Of a stretch of 64,000 nt of DNA, positions 1 through 9,194 are shown one piece after another. Made by a program: the position numbers and the translations under genes. Positions within the stretch are counted from its first letter, which is position 1. Each line of letters starts with the position of its first letter. The stretch comes from Rickettsiales bacterium. Lineage in GTDB: Bacteria > Pseudomonadota > Alphaproteobacteria > Rs-D84. Location: the NCBI GenBank assembly GCA_031260805.1, contig JAISKV010000012.1, positions 9,670 through 73,669 on the forward strand, written 5' to 3'. The notes below the pieces were generated by a model that searched no databases, was not told the DNA's origin, and saw only the letters and a program-made list of their open reading frames with translations.

Positions 1-2
1 TT

Positions 3-782
3 TACAACGCTGAAAAATACCTGCGCGAGACGCTGGATTGCATTGTAAGCCAAACTTATGAAAACCTGGAAATAATCTGCGTTCTGGACGGCGCCGCTGA
101 TGCGTGTGAAAAAATTATAAAATCATTCCGCGACCGGCGGATAAAAATCATCCGGCATGACAAGAATATGGGGACCGGCGTTGCGAAAAATACCGGCGCG
201 AACGCCGCGACCGGCGACTATATCCATTTCATGGACAGCGACGACACGATAAATCCAAAATTTTACGAGAATATGCTGCGCGCCGCCGATCCGGATAAAA
301 TGCGGGCGGACGCCGTCGCATGCAGCGCTTTTTATGAAAAGAAAAAGAGCAATTCCATTTGGAATCCGGATTATGAAATAATAATCGGCAATGACAAGTT
401 CCGTAAGACGCTGGTTTCAATCCATGGCTGGGCGTGGCGTTTCCTGATAAAACGCAATTTCTGGCAGCGGCATGAATTAAAATTCCCGGCCCTTATCACC
501 CGTGAAGACATGCCGGCGATGATGCAGATGGTTTATTACGCGAATTGCGTGGTGCTTTGCCCCGATGCGGTGTACTGGTATAAAAACCGGCCGGGATCGC
601 TGATGAACAATCCGGCGCGGCAGAAACAGAAATCAATTGACCGGCGCGCGGCCAGAAAAATCATACGCGATTTTACCAGAAAACATAAAATCCGCGCCCC
701 TGGAAAAATCTGGCAGTTATTCCACGAAGTCCTGCGCCGGCGCGGACCAAGACCAAATCGTTCGGGGGCGCGGCTTGATTGA
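3..782 (+). CDS. Glycosyltransferase family 2 (5'-partial; N-terminus lies upstream of the window)
   Basis: Frame 3 reads from window position 3 (YNAEKYLRETLDCIVSQTYENLEIICVLDGAAD... KNMGTGVAKNTG...IHFMDSDD); GT2 DXD/DSDD signature; stop at 782. Confidence 0.7.
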   Translation, partial: YNAEKYLRETLDCIVSQTYENLEIICVLDGAADACEKIIKSFRDRRIKIIRHDKNMGTGVAKNTGANAATGDYIHFMDSDDTINPKFYENMLRAADPDKMRADAVACSAFYEKKKSNSIWNPDYEIIIGNDKFRKTLVSIHGWAWRFLIKRNFWQRHELKFPALITREDMPAMMQMVYYANCVVLCPDAVYWYKNRPGSLMNNPARQKQKSIDRRAARKIIRDFTRKHKIRAPGKIWQLFHEVLRRRGPRPNRSGARLD

Positions 783-804
783 ATTCATCAAGATTTTTTT
801 CAGC

Positions 805-1746
805 ATGATTTCCGGAATAATTCCGGTGCGTAAATGGCGGCATAAAATCCGCGAACTGGGCGGCCGCGCAATTGACGCCTGGCTGGGCCGGAAATTGCCG
901 CGCGGCGCGATTCTGGTGCACAGCAATGCAGGCGGGCTGTGCGATCAGATAAATACTTTCATGCTGCTGGCGCAGATGCGCGACAAAAATCCGGACGCTC
1001 CGATATTCCTTACCGTATCCGGATTTCTGAAACAGCAATTCCGCAAGTTCGCGATTGTGAATCCGAACGACATCGCGCCGATGCTGGACAACAACATATC
1101 CGCGCGCCGGCCGCGCAAGTTAGAGTTGCTGAATTACGATATTCTGGAATACATGAATGAAAACGATATCAAATTTATGACCGGGAATTTCAGCCTGCGC
1201 AGAAAGTGGCGCTGGCGCGCATTGGATGCCGACAAGTTGGACAGACAGAAAATACAGCAAATTCTCAAACTTATAAAACCGCTGTCCGCCGCGAATACTG
1301 CCAAGTTAAACGATATTAAACGAATGGAAAATTCAATTTGCATGCATATTCGGCGCGGCGATTACATGGCGCAGTCCGGCGGAAAAACAATCCTGCCATC
1401 GTACTATGCAAACGCATTGCGCGAGATATTAAGTCAGGCCGGATGGGAAACCGCGCGGGTGTTCGTGTTTTCCGAAGAATTGGACTGGGCGGAAAAAAAT
1501 ATAGACTTTCTTGGCCTGCCGCATGAATTCGTAAATATCAACGACACGAACAATCCCGCGCCGGAACTGGAACTGATGCGCGCGTGCCGGCATTATATCC
1601 GCAGCGTCGGCCAGATGGCGCGCATGGCGGCATACCTGAATCCAAGGGATCCGATTGTCATATCCCCGGCGAAATCCGATTACTATACGGAATCAGGCGA
1701 CATTGTGAACAAATCAAAATTTCATCATCTAAGGAATGTAAAATGA
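805..1746 (+). CDS. GT11-family alpha-1,2-fucosyltransferase (start uncertain; ORF opens at 637 but overlaps previous gene)
   Basis: HIRRGDY motif (HxRRGD, GT11 motif I) and N-terminal GGLCDQ (GGLGNQ-like) motif; ATG at 805 just after upstream stop. Confidence 0.7.
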   Translation: MISGIIPVRKWRHKIRELGGRAIDAWLGRKLPRGAILVHSNAGGLCDQINTFMLLAQMRDKNPDAPIFLTVSGFLKQQFRKFAIVNPNDIAPMLDNNISARRPRKLELLNYDILEYMNENDIKFMTGNFSLRRKWRWRALDADKLDRQKIQQILKLIKPLSAANTAKLNDIKRMENSICMHIRRGDYMAQSGGKTILPSYYANALREILSQAGWETARVFVFSEELDWAEKNIDFLGLPHEFVNINDTNNPAPELELMRACRHYIRSVGQMARMAAYLNPRDPIVISPAKSDYYTESGDIVNKSKFHHLRNVK

Positions 1747-2660
1747 CATTGGGATGCACTATTTTCAGATTAAAACTTGCTTTTATGCGCCTGCTGATGG
1801 GGCGGTTCAACAGCCTGCCGTTCAAGGGCTGGTATGTGTCGCGGTACCTGTACCGGCGGTTCGGGCGGTTCGTCCGCGCGGTTCCTGCAAACAAAATTGC
1901 GGTTGAGAAACCGGAAACCATCTGGCAGTTTTGGGAAAATCCGCCGCATTATTCGGCTGTGCCGCTGGTCGTGCGCGGCGCGATTGCGACTGTTGATAAA
2001 TTCCGCGGCGATATGAATCACATAATTTTAGACGGCAAAAATCTGGAAAACTATACGGACATGCCGGGCTGGGTGATGGACAGATTCCGCAGCGGCCAGA
2101 TGAAGTTCGCACACTTCGGGGATCTGGTCAGACTGGATGTGTTAAAGCATCACGGCGGCGTGTGGATGGATGCGACGAATTACATGACCGCGCAAATTCC
2201 GGATGAAATCATGAATCTGGACTTTTTCGTCTTTCATGCGATAACCAAGGGCAGCCCGTACGGATATTTTCAGAACTGCTTTATCCGCGCGAAAAAGAAC
2301 GCATGGCTGCTGGACGCATGGCATGAAATGGCGATGCAGTACTGGCGCGCGGAAGACAAACGGATGGATTATTTCCAGCACCAGCTGATGCTGCGCGCGA
2401 TTGTCCAGAACGACCCGCGCGGCAAGGAATTTTATGCCAGGATGCCCAAGATTGATCAGGAACCGACGCATCGGTTCGCCGGCACTTACAGCCGCATTCC
2501 GGAAAGCGGGCCATCCCTGCTCTCGCCTTATGACGCGGAATACTGGAAGCGGGCGTCAGCAGACAGTTTCTTTCAGAAATTCAATCACGGGCTGGAAGCG
2601 CGCGCGCCGGAAAACAGTTTCATGATTCAGTTGTCAAAAATCGCGCTGGGGGAAAAATAA
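1743..2660 (+). CDS. GT32-like / capsular-polysaccharide-synthesis (Caps_synth) family glycosyltransferase, paralog 1
   Basis: IWQFWENPP ... LVRLDVLKHHGGVWMDATNY (GT32/OCH1-like sugar-transferase signature); ATGA overlap with upstream gene. Confidence 0.6.
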   Translation: MTLGCTIFRLKLAFMRLLMGRFNSLPFKGWYVSRYLYRRFGRFVRAVPANKIAVEKPETIWQFWENPPHYSAVPLVVRGAIATVDKFRGDMNHIILDGKNLENYTDMPGWVMDRFRSGQMKFAHFGDLVRLDVLKHHGGVWMDATNYMTAQIPDEIMNLDFFVFHAITKGSPYGYFQNCFIRAKKNAWLLDAWHEMAMQYWRAEDKRMDYFQHQLMLRAIVQNDPRGKEFYARMPKIDQEPTHRFAGTYSRIPESGPSLLSPYDAEYWKRASADSFFQKFNHGLEARAPENSFMIQLSKIALGEK

Positions 2661-3571
2661 TGCTGATTCTGATGCGGATAAAGATATTCTTTGCCGTGGC
2701 CATCCAGCGCACCGTCGGGCGCGTTCTGGCCGGCGGAAAAAAACGGCCGAATGTCCAGGGCAGAATCTGGACGAATTATTTCGCGCGGCGGTTTCTGCCC
2801 ATTTCGGTGGCGGCGCAGAAAATCGCGCCGGAATCCCCTGAAACAATCTGGCAGTTCTGGGATAATCCGCGCGGCCGGACAACGCCGGGAATAGTAAACA
2901 ATTGCTTTGCGACGGTGGAAAAGCATCGCGGAAAATTCGTTCACAAGATTCTGGACAACAAAACGATCGGCGATTACAGCGATTTGCCGGGATTTGTTTT
3001 TGACCTGCTCAAATCAGGAAAAATGCGGTACCCGCATTTTTCCGATCTGCTGCGGCTGAATCTGCTGAAAAACCACGGCGGCGCGTGGCAGGACGCGACT
3101 GGGTTCATGACGGCCGGCATTCCGGATTATATCGGCGGCGCGGACTTCTTTGTTTTTCTGGTGGGCGGGCAAACGCACTTTCCGTGGTCGTTCATGCAGA
3201 ACTTTTTCATACGCGCGCGGCGGGGCAGTTATCTGAACGACGCGTGGCTGGCCATGTGCCTGGATTTCTGGAAGGCCGAGCGGCGCGAGATTAATTATTT
3301 CCAGCACCAACTGCTGTTCCGCGCGATGGTTGAAAACGACGGAGTTGCAAAAAAACTGTTCGCACAAATGCCGCATCACAGCGAAGATGAAACGCTGCAA
3401 CTGGTCGGAAACAAAATATTCACCAAATTTGATGCGGGCGAATGGGCGCGGATTCGCGACTTGTCATTCATGCAGAAATTAACCTATAAAGACGGGCGGC
3501 GCAGTGTCGCGAATCCGGATAATTATCCCGGAACATACTTTGCGAAACTCGCGAACGGGGAAGTGTTATGA
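2660..3571 (+). CDS. GT32-like / Caps_synth family glycosyltransferase, paralog 2 (tandem duplicate)
   Basis: Same motifs (IWQFWDNP, LLRLNLLKNHGGAWQDATGF); TAATG overlap with paralog 1. Confidence 0.6.
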   Translation: MLILMRIKIFFAVAIQRTVGRVLAGGKKRPNVQGRIWTNYFARRFLPISVAAQKIAPESPETIWQFWDNPRGRTTPGIVNNCFATVEKHRGKFVHKILDNKTIGDYSDLPGFVFDLLKSGKMRYPHFSDLLRLNLLKNHGGAWQDATGFMTAGIPDYIGGADFFVFLVGGQTHFPWSFMQNFFIRARRGSYLNDAWLAMCLDFWKAERREINYFQHQLLFRAMVENDGVAKKLFAQMPHHSEDETLQLVGNKIFTKFDAGEWARIRDLSFMQKLTYKDGRRSVANPDNYPGTYFAKLANGEVL

Positions 3572-4512
3572 ATTATCCGATTGATCTTGTATATACCTGG
3601 GTGGACGACAGCGATCCGGCATGGCGCGCCGCGCGGGACAAGGCGCTGCGCGATGCGGGCGCCGTGCATCGCGACAATTGCGGCGGCCGGTACTTTGACA
3701 ACGACGAATTAAAATACTCACTGCGCGGCGCGGAAAAATTCGCGCCCTGGATAAATCATATTTTTATCATAACGGCCGGTCAAACGCCGAAATGGTTAAA
3801 CACAAAAAATAAAAAAATAACCGTCATAGGCCACCGCGATATAATCCCGGAAAAATATCTGCCCACATTCAGTTCCACTTTTATAGAGCATTGGCTTCAT
3901 AATATTCCCGGCCTGTCCGAACGCTTTCTGTACGCCAATGACGATATGTTTTTCGGCGGCGCCGTCGCCCCGGAATACTTTTTTGACAATTCCGGGCGGC
4001 CGATTGTCCGCGCAAAGCCAAAATCAAATTATTCCATAAAGAACATGACTGGGAAAAATCCAGGAAGCCTGTGGTCTCAAGTCAAGAATGCAAAACTGGC
4101 CGTTTATAAAATTTTCGGGAAAAACCACAACTACGCATGGATGCCCGCGCATAACATTGATTCTTACTGCAAATCGGAATTGAAAAAAATCGCGGATCTC
4201 TTCGCGCCGCAAATCACGGAAATGGGCGCACACAGGTTCCGCAGTCCGAACGACATCCAGCGCATCATTTATCACGAATACGGGCTGGCCGACGGAACCG
4301 CCGTCATGCGCAAATATTCGGTCTTGAAACGCATTTTAATGTGGTGCGCAGGGCGCGAATACATCGTGCCTTTTTATACCAAGGACGCCGCGAAGTTAAG
4401 ACGGCACAATCTGTTCTGCATCAACAACAGCGGCAGCAACCCGGCGCGCGATGCGGCCAACCGCGAATGGCTGGCAAATTTTCTGCCAAAAAAGTCGGAG
4501 TTTGAGAAATGA
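3568..4512 (+). CDS. Stealth-family (CR1-CR4) hexose-1-phosphate transferase, paralog 1
   Basis: CR1 LVYTWVDDSDPAW, CR2 RYFDNDELKYSLRGAEKFAPWINHIFIIT, CR3 FLYANDDMFFG; 4-bp overlaps on both sides. Confidence 0.8.
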   Translation: MNYPIDLVYTWVDDSDPAWRAARDKALRDAGAVHRDNCGGRYFDNDELKYSLRGAEKFAPWINHIFIITAGQTPKWLNTKNKKITVIGHRDIIPEKYLPTFSSTFIEHWLHNIPGLSERFLYANDDMFFGGAVAPEYFFDNSGRPIVRAKPKSNYSIKNMTGKNPGSLWSQVKNAKLAVYKIFGKNHNYAWMPAHNIDSYCKSELKKIADLFAPQITEMGAHRFRSPNDIQRIIYHEYGLADGTAVMRKYSVLKRILMWCAGREYIVPFYTKDAAKLRRHNLFCINNSGSNPARDAANREWLANFLPKKSEFEK

Positions 4513-5471
4513 GAAGAAAGATAGATCTTGTTTACATGTGGGTGGACGGAAACGATGCGAAATGGCGCGCCAAAAAGAACGCAGCCCTGCGCGCGGCCGG
4601 CATGGATGAAATCAATCCGGATGTGTCGTCAAACTTGCGGTACTTTGACAACGACGAATTGAAGTATTCTCTGCGCGGCGCGGAAAAATTCGCGCCCTGG
4701 ATAAATCATATCTTTATCATAACCGACAATCAGGTTCCAAAATGGCTGGACGCTGGGAACAAAAAAATAACAATCGTGGACCACGCGGAAATCATGCCGG
4801 ATATCGCCCGCCCATGCTTTAACAGCACGGTTATAGAGATGTTCATCCAGAACATTCCCGGATTGTCGGAATACTTTTTATTGGCGAACGACGACATGTT
4901 TTTCGGAAACAAAATTTCGCCGGATTATTTCTTTACCAAACGCGGAATGCCAAGAATCCGCGGAAAATCCGCGTCCCAGTTCAGCGCGGCCAATCTGCGC
5001 GCGGACGCGGCCGAACCCAGGATGTACAGCGCGATCGTCCGCAACGCAAAGAAACTGATTCTTGAAATCTTTGGCGAAAATCACGACTACGCGTGGAAGG
5101 CGTCGCACTGCGTGGATCCGTATCTGAAATCCGAAATCGTCAAATGCCTGGCCCACCCAAAGGTACAGCCGGAAACAGAACGGACATTCCCGCATCACTT
5201 CCGCGAATATGACGATATCCAGCGGACGCTGTTTCATGAATTCATGCTGGCGCGCCGCACGGCAAAAATAAAGATTTACCACGGGCTGAACATGGCCTTC
5301 AACATCAATTCGCGTCCGCGGTACATCACGCATGCGCGGACATTGAACAGAATGCTGGTCAAGCCAAAGTTGTTCTGCATCAACAGCGGCGGCGAAAATG
5401 CGGCGGTTGACAAATACAATCATGACTGGCTGCAAAAATTCCTGCCAAACAAATCGGTGTTCGAGGTTTAA
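4509..5471 (+). CDS. Stealth-family hexose-1-phosphate transferase, paralog 2 (tandem duplicate)
   Basis: CR1 LVYMWVDGNDAKW, CR2 RYFDNDELKYSLRGAEKFAPWINHIFIIT (identical 30-aa block to paralog 1), CR3 LLANDDMFFG. Confidence 0.8.
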   Translation: MRRKIDLVYMWVDGNDAKWRAKKNAALRAAGMDEINPDVSSNLRYFDNDELKYSLRGAEKFAPWINHIFIITDNQVPKWLDAGNKKITIVDHAEIMPDIARPCFNSTVIEMFIQNIPGLSEYFLLANDDMFFGNKISPDYFFTKRGMPRIRGKSASQFSAANLRADAAEPRMYSAIVRNAKKLILEIFGENHDYAWKASHCVDPYLKSEIVKCLAHPKVQPETERTFPHHFREYDDIQRTLFHEFMLARRTAKIKIYHGLNMAFNINSRPRYITHARTLNRMLVKPKLFCINSGGENAAVDKYNHDWLQKFLPNKSVFEV

Positions 5472-7831
5472 TCAATCCGGGCCAGATCGTCATACTCGCG
5501 GTATTTCCAGATTGTCGTCGGACGGTATTCGTACCGCGCGCCGCTTTGCGAAAATATATTGAATACTTCCGTCGCCTTGGCGACAGCCGCGTCCGCAAAT
5601 TTCATCGTCTGTTCCGGTGTGAAATCACGAATACCGGCCGCGCCGCGCTGTAATGCGATAAAAGACATCTTGTCCCGGCCGAATATGATTTTTTCCAGCG
5701 GCAATTGCGGCATGGTGCCGGCCGCCAGTTGCGAGTTGGTCGGCAACGCACCTGTTTTTATGTCATACACGGTGTCTCCGGAAACCAGGTCCGCCTGGGC
5801 CCGGACGACGCGGCCTGCGATTTTCATTTCGCCGACAGTCTCTGTCAAAACCGCGCCGTTTATGTTTGATTTTAATTTCTGCGCGACAGGCACGATTTCG
5901 TCAAACCGTCTGCGCCAAAAGTACAGCAATAAATTATTCCCGGAAAGCGTGGCAGACGCCGCGGATTCCAACGCAGCGCGCAGATCGCCGCTATTGCCGG
6001 ATAAATATTTTTCCACGGCGTCGTGAACCAGATTTCCAAATTCCAGCGCGTTTGTATTTTCCCAAGCGTCCGGCAGACGGCGCAAATTCAATATCTTTTT
6101 CGCATAGTACAGGTACGGATTATGAATCAGGTCTTCCAATCGCGTTACGAAAATCGGCGCGTTGTGCGCTGCGGATGCCGGCGGATTATCCATTGCGTTC
6201 GGCAGCGGCGCGTATTTTATTTCCGGCGCGCGGCGCGGCGCGGACATAACGGACAGAGCGGGATTCAGCGACGCGCGCGTCAGGAACCGCGATTCAATCG
6301 TTTCACCGCCGCCTGACTTCTTTGCGCGCGTCCAGTAAACAACCGGCGCGCAGGACAGATTTATAAAATCCAGCGCCTGCAATGAAACCTTGGCCTTGGG
6401 TCCGGGCAGTCCGACCGCGTCAGAAATATTTCGCGGCAGCCATGCATTTTCGTACCCGTTTGCTGGAAAAACACCCTCGTTCAATCCGGACAAAATCACA
6501 ATGTCCGCCGTCTGCATCCGCGATTCAATCAGCCCTAGCACGCGCACGCGCGCCGCGTCCGGCGCGGGCCGTCGGGTTGAGACGCCGGACAATATCATTT
6601 TTGCAACAGCCGCCGCGGAATCGCCGTCCAGCACGATTCCATTTTCGCCCAGAACGGCGGACGCGGCGCGCAGCGCGTCCAGCACTGCGAAATCGTTGTC
6701 GTCAAATTCGTTCCATCCGGCCAAGGCCTGCTGGACGCATGCGAACAAATCCGGTATGTCGCCGCTGATGCCGTCAAACGCGGTCAAGATAAATCGCCCG
6801 ATTCTCGTCATCGCGCCGGATGTCCCGACCGAAGTATCAAACGCAATCCCGCGGTTCGCCAGCGCGGATTCCAGCCTGTATTCGCCCGCGGCGTCCGGCG
6901 TTATTATCAAGACGGCGCTGTTTGGATTTTCTGCGGCGATATCCGCGATTGTTTCAGCCTCGTCCGCTTCGGTATCACAATCAATCCGCGCTGCCGCACA
7001 GTCGCCGGGCGTTATGCGCGACGGCCGGTGCATGTTGTCAAAGCATTCGTTCAATGCGTCCGCGCGCGACGGCCCGACGGCGATAACGCTTACTTCATCC
7101 GGCCGAATCCCGACGCGCTGCAAGAATTTATATTCGTTGTGATAAGGATTTGTCTGAATTTCCATGTCGCCGCGCATCGCGGAAATATTCCCCGGCAGAA
7201 TGATTTCGCCGCCATGCATCCGCGCGATGAATTCCATTAAATCCGCTGTGGCCGGAACGGACGCCGTGCTGCCGCATACAATCGCATGCATTCCGTCCAG
7301 GTTGTCGCGCCATGCCCGGATGTCGTCGTCGCGCTTTTTGGCATGCGTGATTTTGTCCCCGAAAATCTGCGGCAGGACCGTCGTCGCAAAGTCCAAAAAC
7401 TTTGCCTTGGCCTGCCAGTGCGCGGAATACTTTTCATCAACCAATCCGGCCCAGTCAATTTCGCCGCCGCGCCCGTTCATTTCCAAGTTATCCGCCATGC
7501 GCACCAGATCAGACGCCAGGGGCAGCGCGTGCCCGTACCGGATTTGTGCAAATTCCGCAATCATTTTTGCCAGAATCAAAACCCGCTGGGAATTTGCGGA
7601 CATATCTTCGTCCAGCGCGGAATCAGGCGCATCCCCCAGCGCGACCAGCCGCGGCAGCAGCACCGCGCGGCCGCAGCGCCCCACTATCATTTCCTCCACG
7701 CTGCGTATCGCGCGGCGGCTGGGCAGAAAAATAACCAGTTTGGAAAAGTCCAGATCCGCGATGCGCGACCACAGCGCGTCGTTAATTTTCGCAGGATTTG
7801 ACACGCAGAAAATATTATTTGATTCCGACAA
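5468..7831 (-). CDS. AddB-like PD-(D/E)XK nuclease family protein (double-strand break repair AddB homolog, no adjacent addA)
   Basis: 787 aa; C-terminal D...DIKTG nuclease motif (DYKTG-like); N-terminus resembles AddB of proteobacteria. Confidence 0.5.
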   Translation of the reverse strand: MSESNNIFCVSNPAKINDALWSRIADLDFSKLVIFLPSRRAIRSVEEMIVGRCGRAVLLPRLVALGDAPDSALDEDMSANSQRVLILAKMIAEFAQIRYGHALPLASDLVRMADNLEMNGRGGEIDWAGLVDEKYSAHWQAKAKFLDFATTVLPQIFGDKITHAKKRDDDIRAWRDNLDGMHAIVCGSTASVPATADLMEFIARMHGGEIILPGNISAMRGDMEIQTNPYHNEYKFLQRVGIRPDEVSVIAVGPSRADALNECFDNMHRPSRITPGDCAAARIDCDTEADEAETIADIAAENPNSAVLIITPDAAGEYRLESALANRGIAFDTSVGTSGAMTRIGRFILTAFDGISGDIPDLFACVQQALAGWNEFDDNDFAVLDALRAASAVLGENGIVLDGDSAAAVAKMILSGVSTRRPAPDAARVRVLGLIESRMQTADIVILSGLNEGVFPANGYENAWLPRNISDAVGLPGPKAKVSLQALDFINLSCAPVVYWTRAKKSGGGETIESRFLTRASLNPALSVMSAPRRAPEIKYAPLPNAMDNPPASAAHNAPIFVTRLEDLIHNPYLYYAKKILNLRRLPDAWENTNALEFGNLVHDAVEKYLSGNSGDLRAALESAASATLSGNNLLLYFWRRRFDEIVPVAQKLKSNINGAVLTETVGEMKIAGRVVRAQADLVSGDTVYDIKTGALPTNSQLAAGTMPQLPLEKIIFGRDKMSFIALQRGAAGIRDFTPEQTMKFADAAVAKATEVFNIFSQSGARYEYRPTTIWKYREYDDLARID

Positions 7832-8357
7832 TCTTGCGCACCCCGGCTATGCCGGTCCCTTTCTCGGCAGATGTTTCCAAAATCTCGCCGCGCATGGCGG
7901 GCCGCGGCGGCAAGCAGATTTTCGTTTTTTTTGACTTGTCCATTTTTGTCAGAACAACCTGGTACGGAACCGCGTTAAAGTCGCAGAAATCCATCAGGTC
8001 CAGGTCCGACTGTTTAATCCCGACGCGCGAATCAATCAGAATAAAAATAAGTGCCAGCTGGCGGCGGTGCAATAAATAATCCTGCAACCGGTCCAGCCAC
8101 ATCGCCGCGGTTTCCTTTGACACTTTTGCCCACCCGTATCCTGGCAGATCCGCAATCATCATGCGGTCGTCAAAGTTGAAAAGGTTCAGCGACTGCGTTC
8201 GGCCCGGCGTTTTTGATGTGCGCGCGATCGTCTGTCCTGCGACCGCGTTTATCAGCGAAGACTTGCCCACATTTGACCGCCCGATAAAGGCGTATTCGGC
8301 AAACGCCGTATTCGGCAAATCGCGGACCCGCTCGAAACTTCCCACAAATTTTATCAT
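7815..8357 (-). CDS. engB: Ribosome biogenesis GTP-binding protein YihA/EngB
   Basis: GRSNVGKSSLINA (G1), DLPGYG (G3), TKMDK (G4). Confidence 0.85.
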   Translation of the reverse strand: MIKFVGSFERVRDLPNTAFAEYAFIGRSNVGKSSLINAVAGQTIARTSKTPGRTQSLNLFNFDDRMMIADLPGYGWAKVSKETAAMWLDRLQDYLLHRRQLALIFILIDSRVGIKQSDLDLMDFCDFNAVPYQVVLTKMDKSKKTKICLPPRPAMRGEILETSAEKGTGIAGVRKIVGIK

Positions 8358-9148
8358 TTGGATAACGCCCTTTTGTATGCTTCTTTTTTTGATATCCCGC
8401 TGCGCGCCGCGATTTGCGCCGCGGCGGACTTGGTGCCGGACGCGGCGACATCATTCACAATCTCCGAAATTTCGGCATCGGATAATTTTATTTCAGGCGC
8501 GGGCCCGACAACCAAGACCAATTCGCCGCGCGGCGGCGCAATGCCCAGCAAATCCGCAGGGTACCCGATAATTGTTTCTTCGTGAATTTTGGTTATTTCG
8601 CGCACGATTGCAATCCGCCGTTCCGGCATGATGCGCGCCAGGCATGAAATGGTATTCATTATCCTGTTCGGGCTGTCGTAATAAATAATAGTATGGCGGA
8701 TGCGGTTGTCATTGCGCAGAGTGTTTTCCGGATTATGCGGCAAAAAACCGCAGAACGAAAACCGGTCCGTCGGAAATCCGGACAGGACCAGCGCGGAAAC
8801 CGCCGCCGTCGGCCCCGGCACGACAAACACCGGCGCTATCGCGTCGCGCGCCGCGCGGATAATCCGGAATCCCGGATCCGAAATCGCCGGCATTCCGGAA
8901 TCGGATACCAGCGCGACCGCAGCGCCGTTTTCAATTTTTTCCAAGATATCCCCGACACGGCCCGCCTCGGAATGTTCTTCGGCGGATATTTTTTTTGTTT
9001 TGATATCAAACTTTTCAGCCAATTTGCCAAATACGCGCGTGTCTTCGCAGACAATCAGATCCGCGTCCTGCAAAGTCTGAATCGCGCGCGGCGAAAAATC
9101 CCCAAGATTGCCGATTGGCGTGCCGACAATGTATAAACCTGATTGCAT
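8354..9148 (-). CDS. rsmI: 16S rRNA (cytidine1402-2'-O)-methyltransferase RsmI
   Basis: LYIVGTPIGNLGD..., tetrapyrrole-methylase fold; divergent from lpoA-like gene as in E. coli yraL/yraM. Confidence 0.85.
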   Translation of the reverse strand: MQSGLYIVGTPIGNLGDFSPRAIQTLQDADLIVCEDTRVFGKLAEKFDIKTKKISAEEHSEAGRVGDILEKIENGAAVALVSDSGMPAISDPGFRIIRAARDAIAPVFVVPGPTAAVSALVLSGFPTDRFSFCGFLPHNPENTLRNDNRIRHTIIYYDSPNRIMNTISCLARIMPERRIAIVREITKIHEETIIGYPADLLGIAPPRGELVLVVGPAPEIKLSDAEISEIVNDVAASGTKSAAAQIAARSGISKKEAYKRALSK

Positions 9149-9194
9149 TTTACAGCCTTTTGGGATATAATAACAAAATAACGGGGATTATCAA

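Noticed and set aside
637-804. 5' extension of the GT11 ORF overlapping the 3' end of the GT2 gene
   Set aside because: Overlaps the upstream gene in another frame; an in-frame ATG at 805 just after the GT2 stop gives a typical GT11 length
6390-7934. Long plus-strand ORFs (250, 256, 171 aa) inside the AddB-like gene
   Set aside because: Antisense to a long conserved CDS, Ala/Arg/Ser-rich low-complexity translations typical of high-GC antisense frames
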